DNA of 64,000 nt, taken from Candidatus Liptonbacteria bacterium. Lineage in GTDB: Bacteria; Patescibacteriota; Minisyncoccia; UBA6257; 2-01-FULL-56-20. The notes beneath the pieces were generated by a model that saw only the letters and a list, made by a program, of their open reading frames with translations, was not told the DNA's origin and made no database searches. The DNA lies in the NCBI GenBank assembly GCA_016194445.1, contig JACQBP010000040.1, positions 20,402 through 84,401 on the forward strand. Reading direction: 5' to 3'. The first letter of the stretch is position 1, and the number at the start of each line of letters is the position of its first letter. This document shows, in pieces, positions 1-9,081 of the stretch. The position numbers and the translations under genes were made by a program.

Positions 1-930
1 CGTTGTTGGAATAAAAATACAGATCAACTCAAAGATTTATCGAGTCGAATAAAAAAGATGAAAGAACACCTACCTGGATTGGCTGGGGTGTTTTTGATAA
101 TCAATAATGAGGGCGAGAAAGGTAATGCAACCGAAGAGAGTCTTGAGTTGGCGGGTGGAGAAGCAAGCTTTGGCGTACCCATAGTTCCTTTCAGAGTGGA
201 AAATTACACTTGGACAGCAGGTCTCAACTCGGGAGTGGCCTTGTTGAATGAAATCTCGAAGGAAAAGGGGTTAGATGAGAATAAGATTAGGGTGGTTAAT
301 ATGTCTTTTGACACCGACCTTACTGAAGACGAACTCGACAAATTGAATAAGGAGATAGAAGCACAAAGATTTGTTTTTACAGAAAGAGAGACGGGCGACG
401 GAAAACCTCCGATAAGTGAAAGGGGTGGTAAATTGTGGGAAAAGTTCGTAGCCTTACTAAGGAAACCGGAGGAGGCTAATTTGGCGGAGATTTCTTACGC
501 CATGCGAAATACTTTCAACGTGATTAAACTATCGGACGTAGTAGAAATGGGCGGATTCAACCCGGTTTGTAATGGAGTACACGGATCGGACGATCGAAAA
601 TCAAAGAAATCGATATTAAAATCCGTCGATTTTCCTGTCCCCGGAGAGGATCCAAGAGAATATATAAAGGGTATGGAAGATGCCGAATTCTTCATGCGGT
701 TAATTCTAAAAGCCCTACAAGAAGGAGGAGTAAGAACCCTAAAAGACATAAGGGAATCTTTCGACGATCCTGTCGTATATGAGGATAGAAGTTGGACACG
801 TTTTCAAGAGACCGAACGAGTAAACAAAATTATAAACGACATGATCAGTGCGGGTCTTATTTTTCAAGGAAAGGTTACGGATAAATATGTTTTGCCGGAA
901 AGCGAACAGGACTTCAGAATAAGTAGATAG
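1..930 (+). CDS. Divergent GT-A/GT2-like protein, 5'-truncated by the window edge
   Basis: Frame is open from base 1 (RCWNKN...). GT2-like motif spacing: TAGLNSG, NMSFDTD, MGGFN, GMEDAEFFMRL. Confidence 0.5.
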   Translation, partial: RCWNKNTDQLKDLSSRIKKMKEHLPGLAGVFLIINNEGEKGNATEESLELAGGEASFGVPIVPFRVENYTWTAGLNSGVALLNEISKEKGLDENKIRVVNMSFDTDLTEDELDKLNKEIEAQRFVFTERETGDGKPPISERGGKLWEKFVALLRKPEEANLAEISYAMRNTFNVIKLSDVVEMGGFNPVCNGVHGSDDRKSKKSILKSVDFPVPGEDPREYIKGMEDAEFFMRLILKALQEGGVRTLKDIRESFDDPVVYEDRSWTRFQETERVNKIINDMISAGLIFQGKVTDKYVLPESEQDFRISR

Positions 931-1051
931 TTAGGGGAGTATATCTGAAAACTATATTCGTCCTCGATCCTCTAATTGTCTGACTTTTTGGGGTTATTTT
1001 TTAGACTGCACTTTTAGTTTTCAAGACTTTGGAATAAATCGCTGGGTGGCT

Positions 1052-1080
1052 TTGACAAATTGGGTATGAAGTTTTAATAT
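1052..1080 (+). promoter_or_regulatory. sigma70-type promoter
   Basis: TTGACA-17 bp-TAATAT, followed by boxA-like GCTCTTTGACA at 1101. Confidence 0.55.
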
Positions 1081-1117
1081 GTAGGCAGTTTTTGAAAGCC
1101 GCTCTTTGACATAAGCA

Positions 1118-1183
1118 ACCCCCACACCAAACGAGAAAAACCACTAAAACAGAGAGGAGAAGTTTCTTGTTTGGTGTGGGGGT
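1118..1183 (+). repeat. 21-bp stem inverted repeat in the 5' leader
   Basis: acccccacaccaaacgagaaa / tttcttgtttggtgtgggggt, one G-U pair. Confidence 0.8.
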
Positions 1184-1239
1184 CAATAAACGAATCAGAA
1201 CGATAAACGAGATAGGGATGGAAGAAGGAGGAGGAAGGT

Positions 1240-1743
1240 ATGGAAGTGGGAATGATGGATTTTATCGAGGAAGTCCGAAGGGAATTTGTAAGTCTGATTC
1301 CTCTGTATCTTAGGACAACTCACAGCAACCGCGATGACAAGATCAAATCGGATGGAACGCCAGTTGGCAACATTGACGTCTACGCAGGGGACCGCTTGAG
1401 GAGTTTGATCCTCCGCAGATTCCCGAGTGACGTCATTATTGCCGAGGAAGACGAGAAAAGCCCAGAAGAGGTGGCGAGAATTCTCGCCGATAAGACAACG
1501 CGGCAGGGTAGTGCTGATGGGCTTGATGGTACTGGAAACAGAGGGATGCGTCTGCTTTCTTATGGCGCGATGCTCTCGCTTCGCCATCGGGCTACGTAGG
1601 CGCGACACAAGATGCGGGGTCGCGCTTGGGAACTTCGGGGTCGTTACGAGCCCATCGTGCTTCAGCACTTACGGCTCGACACGGGACCGAAACACACGTC
1701 AGAGCAATCAGCAGAGGAAGCGCTCGCCTACATCCTCTCGTGA
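1240..1743 (+). pseudogene. Inositol monophosphatase N-terminal half joined to the C-terminal remnant of an AAA_33-like kinase
   Basis: IMPase motifs KSDGTPV..D, FPSDVIIAEE, DGLDGTGN; stop at 1599. Downstream reads RGRYEPIVLQHLRLDTG..EEALAYILS*, similar to the C-terminus of the kinase at 2491-3054. Confidence 0.7.
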
Positions 1744-1765
1744 TTCGTTTCTGTTTCGAACACGT

Positions 1766-1804
1766 AACCGCCTTGGTGTAATTTGCCGGGGCGGTTTTTC
1801 TTTT
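1766..1804 (+). terminator. Rho-independent terminator
   Basis: aaccgccttggt...gccggggcggtt followed by tttctttt. Confidence 0.75.
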
Positions 1805-1824
1805 GCCTATAAGTTCGAGTGATT

Positions 1825-2043
1825 TTACGCGCCAATCGAGATAGGGAGTCTCCGGTTACTGACGGCTGACTTAAACTCTTTGGGGAATTTTTTGGAAGCG
1901 TCAAGAATTTCCAGACCAACAATTTTGCCTTTCTTGTCATAATCCAAAATAATACCTTCGCTCACCTCAACGCTTTCAGCGTAAAGATTTTCGTTGAAAC
2001 GAAGGTAGAGAGCATCTTCGGATTTGTCGTAATGGAGGCGCAT
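1825..2043 (-). CDS. DUF2283-family putative antitoxin
   Basis: YDKSEDALYLRF...ILDYDKKGKIVGLEILDAS signature, 72 aa. Confidence 0.85.
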   Translation of the reverse strand: MRLHYDKSEDALYLRFNENLYAESVEVSEGIILDYDKKGKIVGLEILDASKKFPKEFKSAVSNRRLPISIGA

Positions 2044-2047
2044 GGAT

Positions 2048-2296
2048 TTAAAAGTATTTTTTGATTTTTGAGGTCAAGAAAACGGTAATGACTTTTTGAT
2101 AATTTTTAGTTTCTTCGTAAATAACAACCAGAAGATATTTTTTATTATGGTAGGTGATCTTTTTTAAAGCTTGTTTTCTTAGGTTGGATTGAGTTTTAAC
2201 TTTGTCTGGCTTAGCTACGACATCTAGAACAACCTGGCTACTGATATTCCTTTCATTGATTTGATAACGAGCATGGCTACTAAAGATAACATCCAT
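2048..2296 (-). CDS. DUF4258-family RelE-like putative toxin
   Basis: FSSHARYQINERNIS...PD...LLVVIYEE...VITVF; immediately upstream of DUF2283. Confidence 0.8.
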   Translation of the reverse strand: MDVIFSSHARYQINERNISSQVVLDVVAKPDKVKTQSNLRKQALKKITYHNKKYLLVVIYEETKNYQKVITVFLTSKIKKYF

Positions 2297-2433
2297 TACT
2301 TAAATATGATATTCCTCTTGCGAAAGTTAGTCAATCAAATAGGAGTGGAAAACATGAATCGCCCCTAGTTGCAACTGGTGGCGGTTTTTCTTTTCTGGGT
2401 AGTAGTCCCGCCGAGCGGGATCACTACTCGCTT

Positions 2434-2462
2434 TTGACAGAGAGAAGATAAAATTTTATCAT
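2434..2462 (+). promoter_or_regulatory. sigma70 promoter for the kinase gene
   Basis: TTGACA-17 bp-TATCAT; AAGGAG SD before ATG 2491. Confidence 0.65.
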
Positions 2463-2490
2463 TTGGCCATTGCTAAAAAATAAGGAGTAT

Positions 2491-3054
2491 ATGCGAGAAC
2501 TAAAAAGCAAGACAATCATCGTGATCTGCGGAGTGGTGCTTTCGGGAAAATCCACGATCGCGCGGGAAGTTTCTAAAGAATTAGGGATTCGGCACTTGGA
2601 TGTTGATAACGATATTCGATTCCCGATTTTTGGAAAACCCGAACAAGGCGCGGATTTGTCGCCGGAAGGAAAAGAGCAGGAACGTTTAGAGATGCTCTCT
2701 TCGTATAAAGTTTTTTTGGCGGCCGCCGACGAATTGATTACGCTCGGCCGATCAGTAATTTTGACAGCGACTTTTTCACGAGAGATTTATTGGGAGATGA
2801 TCCGCGAAGTGATGGCAAAGCATCCGGACGCAAGTTTAAAGGTGGTTCAGTGTTAGATCAAAGACGATAGCGAGGAAGAAATTTGGCGGCGGATTCGAGA
2901 ACGAGGCGTTCACACCGTAAACTCTCCCACTCAATATCGTGAAGCAAAAAATCGATATATAAAACTACCGATTGATCACGCAGTAGTGGATACGTCTGGC
3001 CGCGAAGATTTCGAAAATAAAACGAATCGGGTGATTGAGTACGTCCTCGCTTAA
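2491..3054 (+). pseudogene. AAA_33-type P-loop kinase interrupted by one in-frame TAG (2854-2856)
   Basis: Walker A GVVLSGKST. After the TAG the same frame continues IKDDSEEEIWRRIRER...VVDTS...IEYVLA to TAA 3054. Confidence 0.8.
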
Positions 3055-3114
3055 CACTTCTTTTTTTGTGGCGAATGAAGCTGCTTTTAGTATCAATTGA
3101 GAGCGGTTTTTCTT

Positions 3115-3936
3115 TTACTTCAAATTTTTAAGGTAATTTTCGACAAAATGGTAGCGGTCGACAGTGCCGATGTCTTTGCGCCACTCCCCGGCTTGAAGTT
3201 GGTAGGCATAGTATTTGAAACCCTTGCTTAAAAGATCGGGTACTAAATTGTGATCTATCTCGTAATATTTATTTTTGGGGATATATTCCAGAATTTTTTT
3301 TGAGAAAAGATAGGGCGCGGACATGCCGTAAAAACGCGGAATGGCGCGGACTGGCACCTGCTGGCGGTCGCTGATCGACGCGGATCCCGATTCTTTTTTT
3401 TCTGATCTGATAAGGCGATCGAGCAGATCTTGGCTATGGGGTTTGATTAAAAATTCTTTGACTTCATGGTTTTCTCCGACGATGGCTAAATCGGAATCTT
3501 CGGGATGGTCCGTCTTTCGAACTGTGCCGACTCCAATGGCGTCTTTTTTTGAGAAATACAAATTTTTAAGCTCAGAGTAATCAAGTTGATAAAAAGTATC
3601 GCCATAAAGAACGAAAAAATAATCGCCAAGAGAGTCTTCGAAATCTTTGATGCCGCCGGCCGTACCTAAAATTTCGGGCTGTTCCAGAAAATAATTTATT
3701 TTGACGCCGAACTTTGAGCCATCGCCGAAATGCTCGGTGATGACATCCGGCAAGTAGTGAAGATTGATAAAAAATTCACTGATGCCATGTTTCTTAAGCG
3801 CTTCAATATGCCACTCGAGGAGCGGTTTGCCTTCCAGGGGCACCATGACTTTGGGGATCTTGCCTTGAGTGATTTCTTGGAGCCGAGTGCCCAAGCCAGC
3901 GGAGAGGATGATGGCTTGATGGATGATTTTAGTCAT
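3115..3936 (-). CDS. Sugar-1-phosphate nucleotidyltransferase (HddC/GmhD-like heptose-1-P guanylyltransferase)
   Basis: ILSAGLGTRL, PKVM, LGTAGG, YGD, DIGT; lies in an operon with gmhB, gmhA and hddA. Confidence 0.85.
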   Translation of the reverse strand: MTKIIHQAIILSAGLGTRLQEITQGKIPKVMVPLEGKPLLEWHIEALKKHGISEFFINLHYLPDVITEHFGDGSKFGVKINYFLEQPEILGTAGGIKDFEDSLGDYFFVLYGDTFYQLDYSELKNLYFSKKDAIGVGTVRKTDHPEDSDLAIVGENHEVKEFLIKPHSQDLLDRLIRSEKKESGSASISDRQQVPVRAIPRFYGMSAPYLFSKKILEYIPKNKYYEIDHNLVPDLLSKGFKYYAYQLQAGEWRKDIGTVDRYHFVENYLKNLK

Positions 3937-3939
3937 AAG

Positions 3940-4515
3940 TTATTGATTACTCGTGATGCGCTTGATGATTTTGATGGCTCCCTGAAGATTTTGGGTAGTG
4001 AAATCGGGTTTTATTTTATAATAATTGTCTTTGCCGGCGTAGCCGGTTTTAACTAAAATAGTTTTAAGTTTGGCATTTTTACCGGTCAAGATGTCGCGGG
4101 TGTGGTCACCAATCATAAAGCTTTTTTTGAGGTTAATTTTATATTTTTTGGCGGCTTTCAAAATCATTCCGATATTAGGTTTGCGACAATGGCATTTTAC
4201 CCGATATTTTTTTAAGTTGGCGTTGGGGTGATGGGGGCAGTAGTAGATCGCGTCAATTTTCGCCCCTTTTCTAGCCAGGCGGCTAATTAAAACGGCGTGG
4301 ATTTTATCAACTTCTTTTTCGGTAAGCCAACCGCGGGCGATGACTGGTTGGTTCGTAATCACGATGACGAGAAACCCCAGACGGTTGATTTTTTTGATGG
4401 CTTCAGCGGCGCGGGGTAAAATTTTTAGCTGTTTTAAGTCGCGGAGGACATCGACTTCGCGGTTAATGGTGCCGTCGCGATCTAAGAAAACGGCTGGATG
4501 ATGACTCATAAACAA
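3940..4515 (-). CDS. gmhB: D,D-heptose 1,7-bisphosphate phosphatase
   Basis: FLDRDGTIN, ITNQ, CPHHP..CHCRKP, MIGD. Confidence 0.92.
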   Translation of the reverse strand: MFMSHHPAVFLDRDGTINREVDVLRDLKQLKILPRAAEAIKKINRLGFLVIVITNQPVIARGWLTEKEVDKIHAVLISRLARKGAKIDAIYYCPHHPNANLKKYRVKCHCRKPNIGMILKAAKKYKINLKKSFMIGDHTRDILTGKNAKLKTILVKTGYAGKDNYYKIKPDFTTQNLQGAIKIIKRITSNQ

Positions 4516-4563
4516 ATGACTAATAACTTAGGACGGATGACGAAGGATGAGAAATTAATGAAT

Positions 4564-5172
4564 TTATGATTTTGATACAAGATGATCGAAATAGTCTTTG
4601 AAGTATTTAATGATGAGGTGAAGAATTACACCATGTACTCCTTCGACAACAAAATAATTTCCTCCTTTCGTAGGAACATGAAGTTTCGCATCTGACAACT
4701 GATTTAAAGTGTTGGTATTTTCAAAACCGGATAAACCGATAACTGGTACCTTACGTTTCTTGGCAAGCTCAACTGCTTTTACAATATTGGCTGAATTGCC
4801 AGAACTTGAAATTGCAATGATCGCGTCCGCGTCCTGTAAATAGTTTTGAAGAGGGCCGGCGAAGACCATGTCGAATCCCACATCGTTCGCCCAAGCAGTT
4901 AACTCTTCCTCGGTGGTTGGCAGGCGGATGGCTTGAAACCGACGGTGGTGTTTGTCGAGCTCATGACCAGTATGGCCAAAAACGGTTTTATTAAAATCGC
5001 AGACCCAATGAGTGGCGAGAGCAAGGGAACCGCCATTACCAAAAACATAAATGCGGCCGTCGCGTTCATAGGCGGCTTCTAGAATATTTAAAGCTTTGGC
5101 AATTTCTAGGTTAGGCAAGTTTTTAAGCGCGCTTTCTGTTTCCGATACAAATTCTTTTATGTAGCTTTCCAT
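4564..5172 (-). CDS. gmhA: Phosphoheptose isomerase (SIS domain)
   Basis: FGNGGS, TAWANDVGF, ISSSGNSANIVKA, VEGVH. Confidence 0.85.
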   Translation of the reverse strand: MESYIKEFVSETESALKNLPNLEIAKALNILEAAYERDGRIYVFGNGGSLALATHWVCDFNKTVFGHTGHELDKHHRRFQAIRLPTTEEELTAWANDVGFDMVFAGPLQNYLQDADAIIAISSSGNSANIVKAVELAKKRKVPVIGLSGFENTNTLNQLSDAKLHVPTKGGNYFVVEGVHGVILHLIIKYFKDYFDHLVSKS

Positions 5173-5177
5173 ATTAT

Positions 5178-6200
5178 TTACACGAAATTTTTATGATAAT
5201 GATCGCCATTATATAGGATTTCCGCCCCGCTTTGGACAAACTTGACTGGGATTTCTCTAAATTCATTTAAACTTTTTTCGGTGGCTACTTTTTTAACTGA
5301 TTCAAGGATGGCATTTTTTTTATCTAAAGGACAGATGAATAAAACACAACCGCCGCCGCCGGCGCCTAAGATTTTACCGCCCCAGGCGCCAGCGCTCACG
5401 CCAGCGTTATAAAGATCGTCGATAGTGGAGTTAGAAACATTCGACGCGAGACTTTTCTTTTTTAACCAACCTTGATGAAGCATGGCGCCGAGCCCCCGGA
5501 TGTCACCGGAGATGATTCTGTCCGCAAAATCAGAGACGGAGTCGGCCATTTCAGAAAGAGTTTGGAAGTTGTCATTAGTATTAGCTTTTTGCTCAGTCAA
5601 GACAGAAGAAGCATCGCGAGTGATACCGGTATAGAAAATTAAGAGACTATCTTCGAGTAAAAGACGTTTTTTGTAATCGATCAAAAGCGGAGAGACATCG
5701 ACAGATTCATCGGGATTGAATTGAAGAATGTTGAAACCACCGAAAGAGGCGGCGTACTGATCCTGTTTGCCGATGGGTTCACCCAAGAGATTAATTTCTA
5801 AGTGACTGGCCGCTTCGGCCGCTTCGCGCTGGTCAATCTTTATACCTTGAAAGGCGTTTAGAACTTTAATTAAAGCCACAGAAAAGCTGGAAGAGGATCC
5901 GAAGCCGGTTTTGGCGGGCATACTGGCGAAAGAAGAAATTTCTATATTCTTTTTTATATTTAAATTCGAGAGGGCGGCTTTGATGCGGGTGTGTTTTAAA
6001 TCTTCTAACTGGTCGACAGATTCAGTGATGGAATAGCGGGCGGTAACTTTGTCGATCATGGGAGTGCGGTTAACGACCACGTAGACAAATTTGTCGATGG
6101 CAGTTGAAATCACCCGGCCCGGGCGGCGGTGATAAAAATCGGGGAGGTCAGTGCCACCCCCAACAAAGCTGATGCGTAAGGGTGCTCGAACTACAATCAT
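5178..6200 (-). CDS. hddA: D-glycero-alpha-D-manno-heptose-7-phosphate kinase (GHMP)
   Basis: APLRISFVGGGTD, GFGSSS, GKQDQY, GGKILGAGGGG. Confidence 0.9.
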   Translation of the reverse strand: MIVVRAPLRISFVGGGTDLPDFYHRRPGRVISTAIDKFVYVVVNRTPMIDKVTARYSITESVDQLEDLKHTRIKAALSNLNIKKNIEISSFASMPAKTGFGSSSSFSVALIKVLNAFQGIKIDQREAAEAASHLEINLLGEPIGKQDQYAASFGGFNILQFNPDESVDVSPLLIDYKKRLLLEDSLLIFYTGITRDASSVLTEQKANTNDNFQTLSEMADSVSDFADRIISGDIRGLGAMLHQGWLKKKSLASNVSNSTIDDLYNAGVSAGAWGGKILGAGGGGCVLFICPLDKKNAILESVKKVATEKSLNEFREIPVKFVQSGAEILYNGDHYHKNFV

Positions 6201-6259
6201 GAGTTTTAGAGTAAGACATTAAGCCAAGGATGTCAAAAGACGATGACTGGTTCGAAGGG

Positions 6260-7375
6260 TTAGTTTTTGATACCAAGCTTGAGGCGCTTAAGATACTTTA
6301 AGTTAAGTTGCTTGGTGAATTTTTCTTTTTGAAACCATTCAACGTAACTTTTGATTGAATCTTCAGTGGAGAATTTTGGCCGCCAGCCGAGTTTCTTAAT
6401 TTTAGAAATGTCGGAGATTGCTTCTCTTGTGTCGGTGCGCCGGAAACCCGAGATTAGAATAGGGGAGGTGGCGCCGGTGATTTTTTTGACGAGGTTAGCA
6501 AAGTCGAGCACTTTCCAGGCGCGGCCGCCACCGACATTATAAATTTCAAAATCAGTTTTTTTGTTATTGAGCGCTAAAAGATTGGCGCGAACAACGTCGC
6601 GAATATTTACAAAATCTCTGGTTTGCTCGCCATCTTCGTAGACAGTAATGGGGACACCGGCGAGACTCTGACTGACAAAAATGCGGATGGCGCCAGAGTA
6701 TAGATTGAAGGGCGACTGGCGAGGACCTTGGACAATCGAGTAGCGAAGAATCGTGGTGGGAATGCTATAAGTTTTTCCGAGGCGCAAACCCAGGTTTTCC
6801 ATGGCCTGCTTGGAGAGGCCGTAGGAGTTGGTAGGCATCAATTTCTGATTTTCTTTGAAGGGGTGGAAGTTGGCTCGAGAGCCGTGAGGACATTTGATGG
6901 ACCAGTCTTTTTTTTGGAATTGTTTTAAGGGTCGGACTTCTGGGAAAAAAGTTTGCTGGGAATGAGGGCAAGAATACTCGCCGTCGCCGTAGATGAATTG
7001 GGTGCTAGCCAAAATAATTTTTTTGACCGGCAGTTTTTTGGCGGCGATGATTTCATAGAGAAGAGCGGAGCTCAAAACATTAGTTTCGAAAAATTTGGAA
7101 AAGTCGGGACGTTGATCTTGGTAGGCGGCGATGTGGTAGACGTAACTTACACCCCGCAGAGACCGCTCGATAGTTTTTTTGTTTCGAATATCGCCTTTGA
7201 TTAGTTCATAACTTTTATTTTGGACGTATTTAGGCCACCGATGGTTTTGGTGAATGGGAGGTTCGAGCGAATCAAGGATTTTTACTTTGTACCCTTTCCC
7301 CAATAAAGCATCGCCGGTATGACTACCGATAAAACCAGCGCCACCTGTTATAAGAACGGTTGCTTTCTTAGCCAT
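6260..7375 (-). CDS. NAD-dependent epimerase/dehydratase
   Basis: TGGAGFIG, YGLSK, DGEQTRDF. Confidence 0.9.
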   Translation of the reverse strand: MAKKATVLITGGAGFIGSHTGDALLGKGYKVKILDSLEPPIHQNHRWPKYVQNKSYELIKGDIRNKKTIERSLRGVSYVYHIAAYQDQRPDFSKFFETNVLSSALLYEIIAAKKLPVKKIILASTQFIYGDGEYSCPHSQQTFFPEVRPLKQFQKKDWSIKCPHGSRANFHPFKENQKLMPTNSYGLSKQAMENLGLRLGKTYSIPTTILRYSIVQGPRQSPFNLYSGAIRIFVSQSLAGVPITVYEDGEQTRDFVNIRDVVRANLLALNNKKTDFEIYNVGGGRAWKVLDFANLVKKITGATSPILISGFRRTDTREAISDISKIKKLGWRPKFSTEDSIKSYVEWFQKEKFTKQLNLKYLKRLKLGIKN

Positions 7376-8111
7376 TACTAATCTTCACCACTTTTTTTAG
7401 ATCTTCCATCCAAACTCGAAGAATATCTTGATTTTCTTTTTCTTTGCCGATTAAATAGGATGAGAGAATTTCTTCAGCGACTTTTAGCTCACTAACATCT
7501 TGACTCGTTTTTCTGGCCACGCAGAGAATATTAGGGATGACGTTGATACCGATAGCGTCCTTGATCGCAGAGGGGGTGAGTTTGGCTATGGCATCGAAGA
7601 TGGTGTTTAATTGGTAATCGACGCGTTTAGCCAGGTTGTTTCTCATCTTCACGATCTTAACTACTTCAAAACCCAGTTTTCCTAAAATGGAGCGGTACTT
7701 CTCTTCGAACCAACCGTCGTAATGGATGGCCCACGCGGCTTCGTTCGAACCGAAAATGTGGCGCAGATAGAGGCCTTTTTTTTTAAAAGGAGCATTCAAA
7801 AAATCTCTGGAAGATTCTTCAAAATCGGGAGTTTCGATCACTAATAATCCTCCGATTTTTAGCCAACGGCGCCAATTGATAAGCAAGGCTAAGGCTTCGG
7901 TTCTGGGAAAATGTTCGAGGACATGGTGGTGACGAATTTCGTCGACGGTACCTTCGGGATAAACGAGGGATCTTATTTCGGTGTATTGATCGGCTTGAAT
8001 ATTAACGATGGAGTGTTGGGCCTGGGGATAGTCGATATTAAAATAACCTTTTAAATAGATTTCCCCACAACCGAGGTGAAGGCGCAGAGGTTTGGGTTCT
8101 TGGTGATTCAT
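7368..8111 (-). CDS. Class I SAM methyltransferase-like protein
   Basis: LHLGCG...NID, HHVLEH, LKIGG.L.IETPD. Confidence 0.8.
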   Translation of the reverse strand: MNHQEPKPLRLHLGCGEIYLKGYFNIDYPQAQHSIVNIQADQYTEIRSLVYPEGTVDEIRHHHVLEHFPRTEALALLINWRRWLKIGGLLVIETPDFEESSRDFLNAPFKKKGLYLRHIFGSNEAAWAIHYDGWFEEKYRSILGKLGFEVVKIVKMRNNLAKRVDYQLNTIFDAIAKLTPSAIKDAIGINVIPNILCVARKTSQDVSELKVAEEILSSYLIGKEKENQDILRVWMEDLKKVVKISNG

Positions 8112-8125
8112 GGATGCTTAGAAAA

Positions 8126-9070
8126 TTAGGGGCTGCTTCTTTTGGATCTTTCTCTTGAATGATACCACGAAACAGCTAGGACGTGCCCTTTGTGATAGAA
8201 ACGATTCGGCAGGAAAGATAAGAGATATTGGAGCCAGGTTCTGGGATGGAATGACTTGACTGCTAAAGCTTTTTTTAGATACTCTCTTGCTTCTTTAGGA
8301 CGCGCTAAGCGAATTAGTTTTCCGGCGATGATTTGGAGAAATAAAAGATGGACGCGGGGGTGGCTCGTGATGAAGGAATGGTGTTTTTTATAAACTGTGA
8401 GTTCGGTATTCAGGTAATCCTCGAGGCGATAACTTAAACGGTAGCCTTGGTGAACATAGATATTAACTAGTGGTTTTTTCACGTAGTCAAAATAAAATTC
8501 TTTCGAAAGCCGCAGAAACATTTCGTAATCTTCTCCAGTGGTCACGTTTTCATCATAGGAGCCAACCTTTATAACGGCACTCTTTCTTAATAGAGGATTG
8601 GAAGCGGAACCAGTTAAGGTATCCCGGTGGCTAATTACATAGTTATAGACATGGCCTCTAAGTTTAGGGAAGATGGTTTCGAAAATTTTGCCGGACTCGG
8701 CGGTGATGTGAAAATAGGCGCCGTAGACTAATCCGGTTTTCCCAATTTTATCTTCCTTGAAAATTTGGTATTGATCCTCGAGTTTATTCGGCAACCATTC
8801 GTCGTCGTCATCGAGGAAGGCTAGGAATTCGCCGCGGGATTCTCTGACGCCTAAATTGCGAGCCCAGGAAATGTTCCCGGGGGCGTGACGAATATAGTAG
8901 ATTCTTGGATCATTGAATTCTTTAACGACATCGGCGGTATTATCCGAAGAACTGTTATCGAGAATTAAAAGTTCAAATTCAGTGAAGGTCTGACCAAGGA
9001 CGCTTGAAATGGCTCGGTGGAGCATTAAGGCTCTGTTCCAGGTGGTGATAATGGCTGAAATTTTAGGCAT
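8126..9070 (-). CDS. GT2 glycosyltransferase
   Basis: ISAIITTWNR, ARNLG, FLDDDD, GEDYE. Confidence 0.92.
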   Translation of the reverse strand: MPKISAIITTWNRALMLHRAISSVLGQTFTEFELLILDNSSSDNTADVVKEFNDPRIYYIRHAPGNISWARNLGVRESRGEFLAFLDDDDEWLPNKLEDQYQIFKEDKIGKTGLVYGAYFHITAESGKIFETIFPKLRGHVYNYVISHRDTLTGSASNPLLRKSAVIKVGSYDENVTTGEDYEMFLRLSKEFYFDYVKKPLVNIYVHQGYRLSYRLEDYLNTELTVYKKHHSFITSHPRVHLLFLQIIAGKLIRLARPKEAREYLKKALAVKSFHPRTWLQYLLSFLPNRFYHKGHVLAVSWYHSRERSKRSSP

Positions 9071-9081
9071 AATGGTTCTAA

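Noticed and set aside
1597-2856. TAG reassignment suggested by two internal-looking TAGs
   Set aside because: Many intact genes here end in TAG (e.g. comM, rny, rmlB), and the first TAG is explained by a deletion junction.
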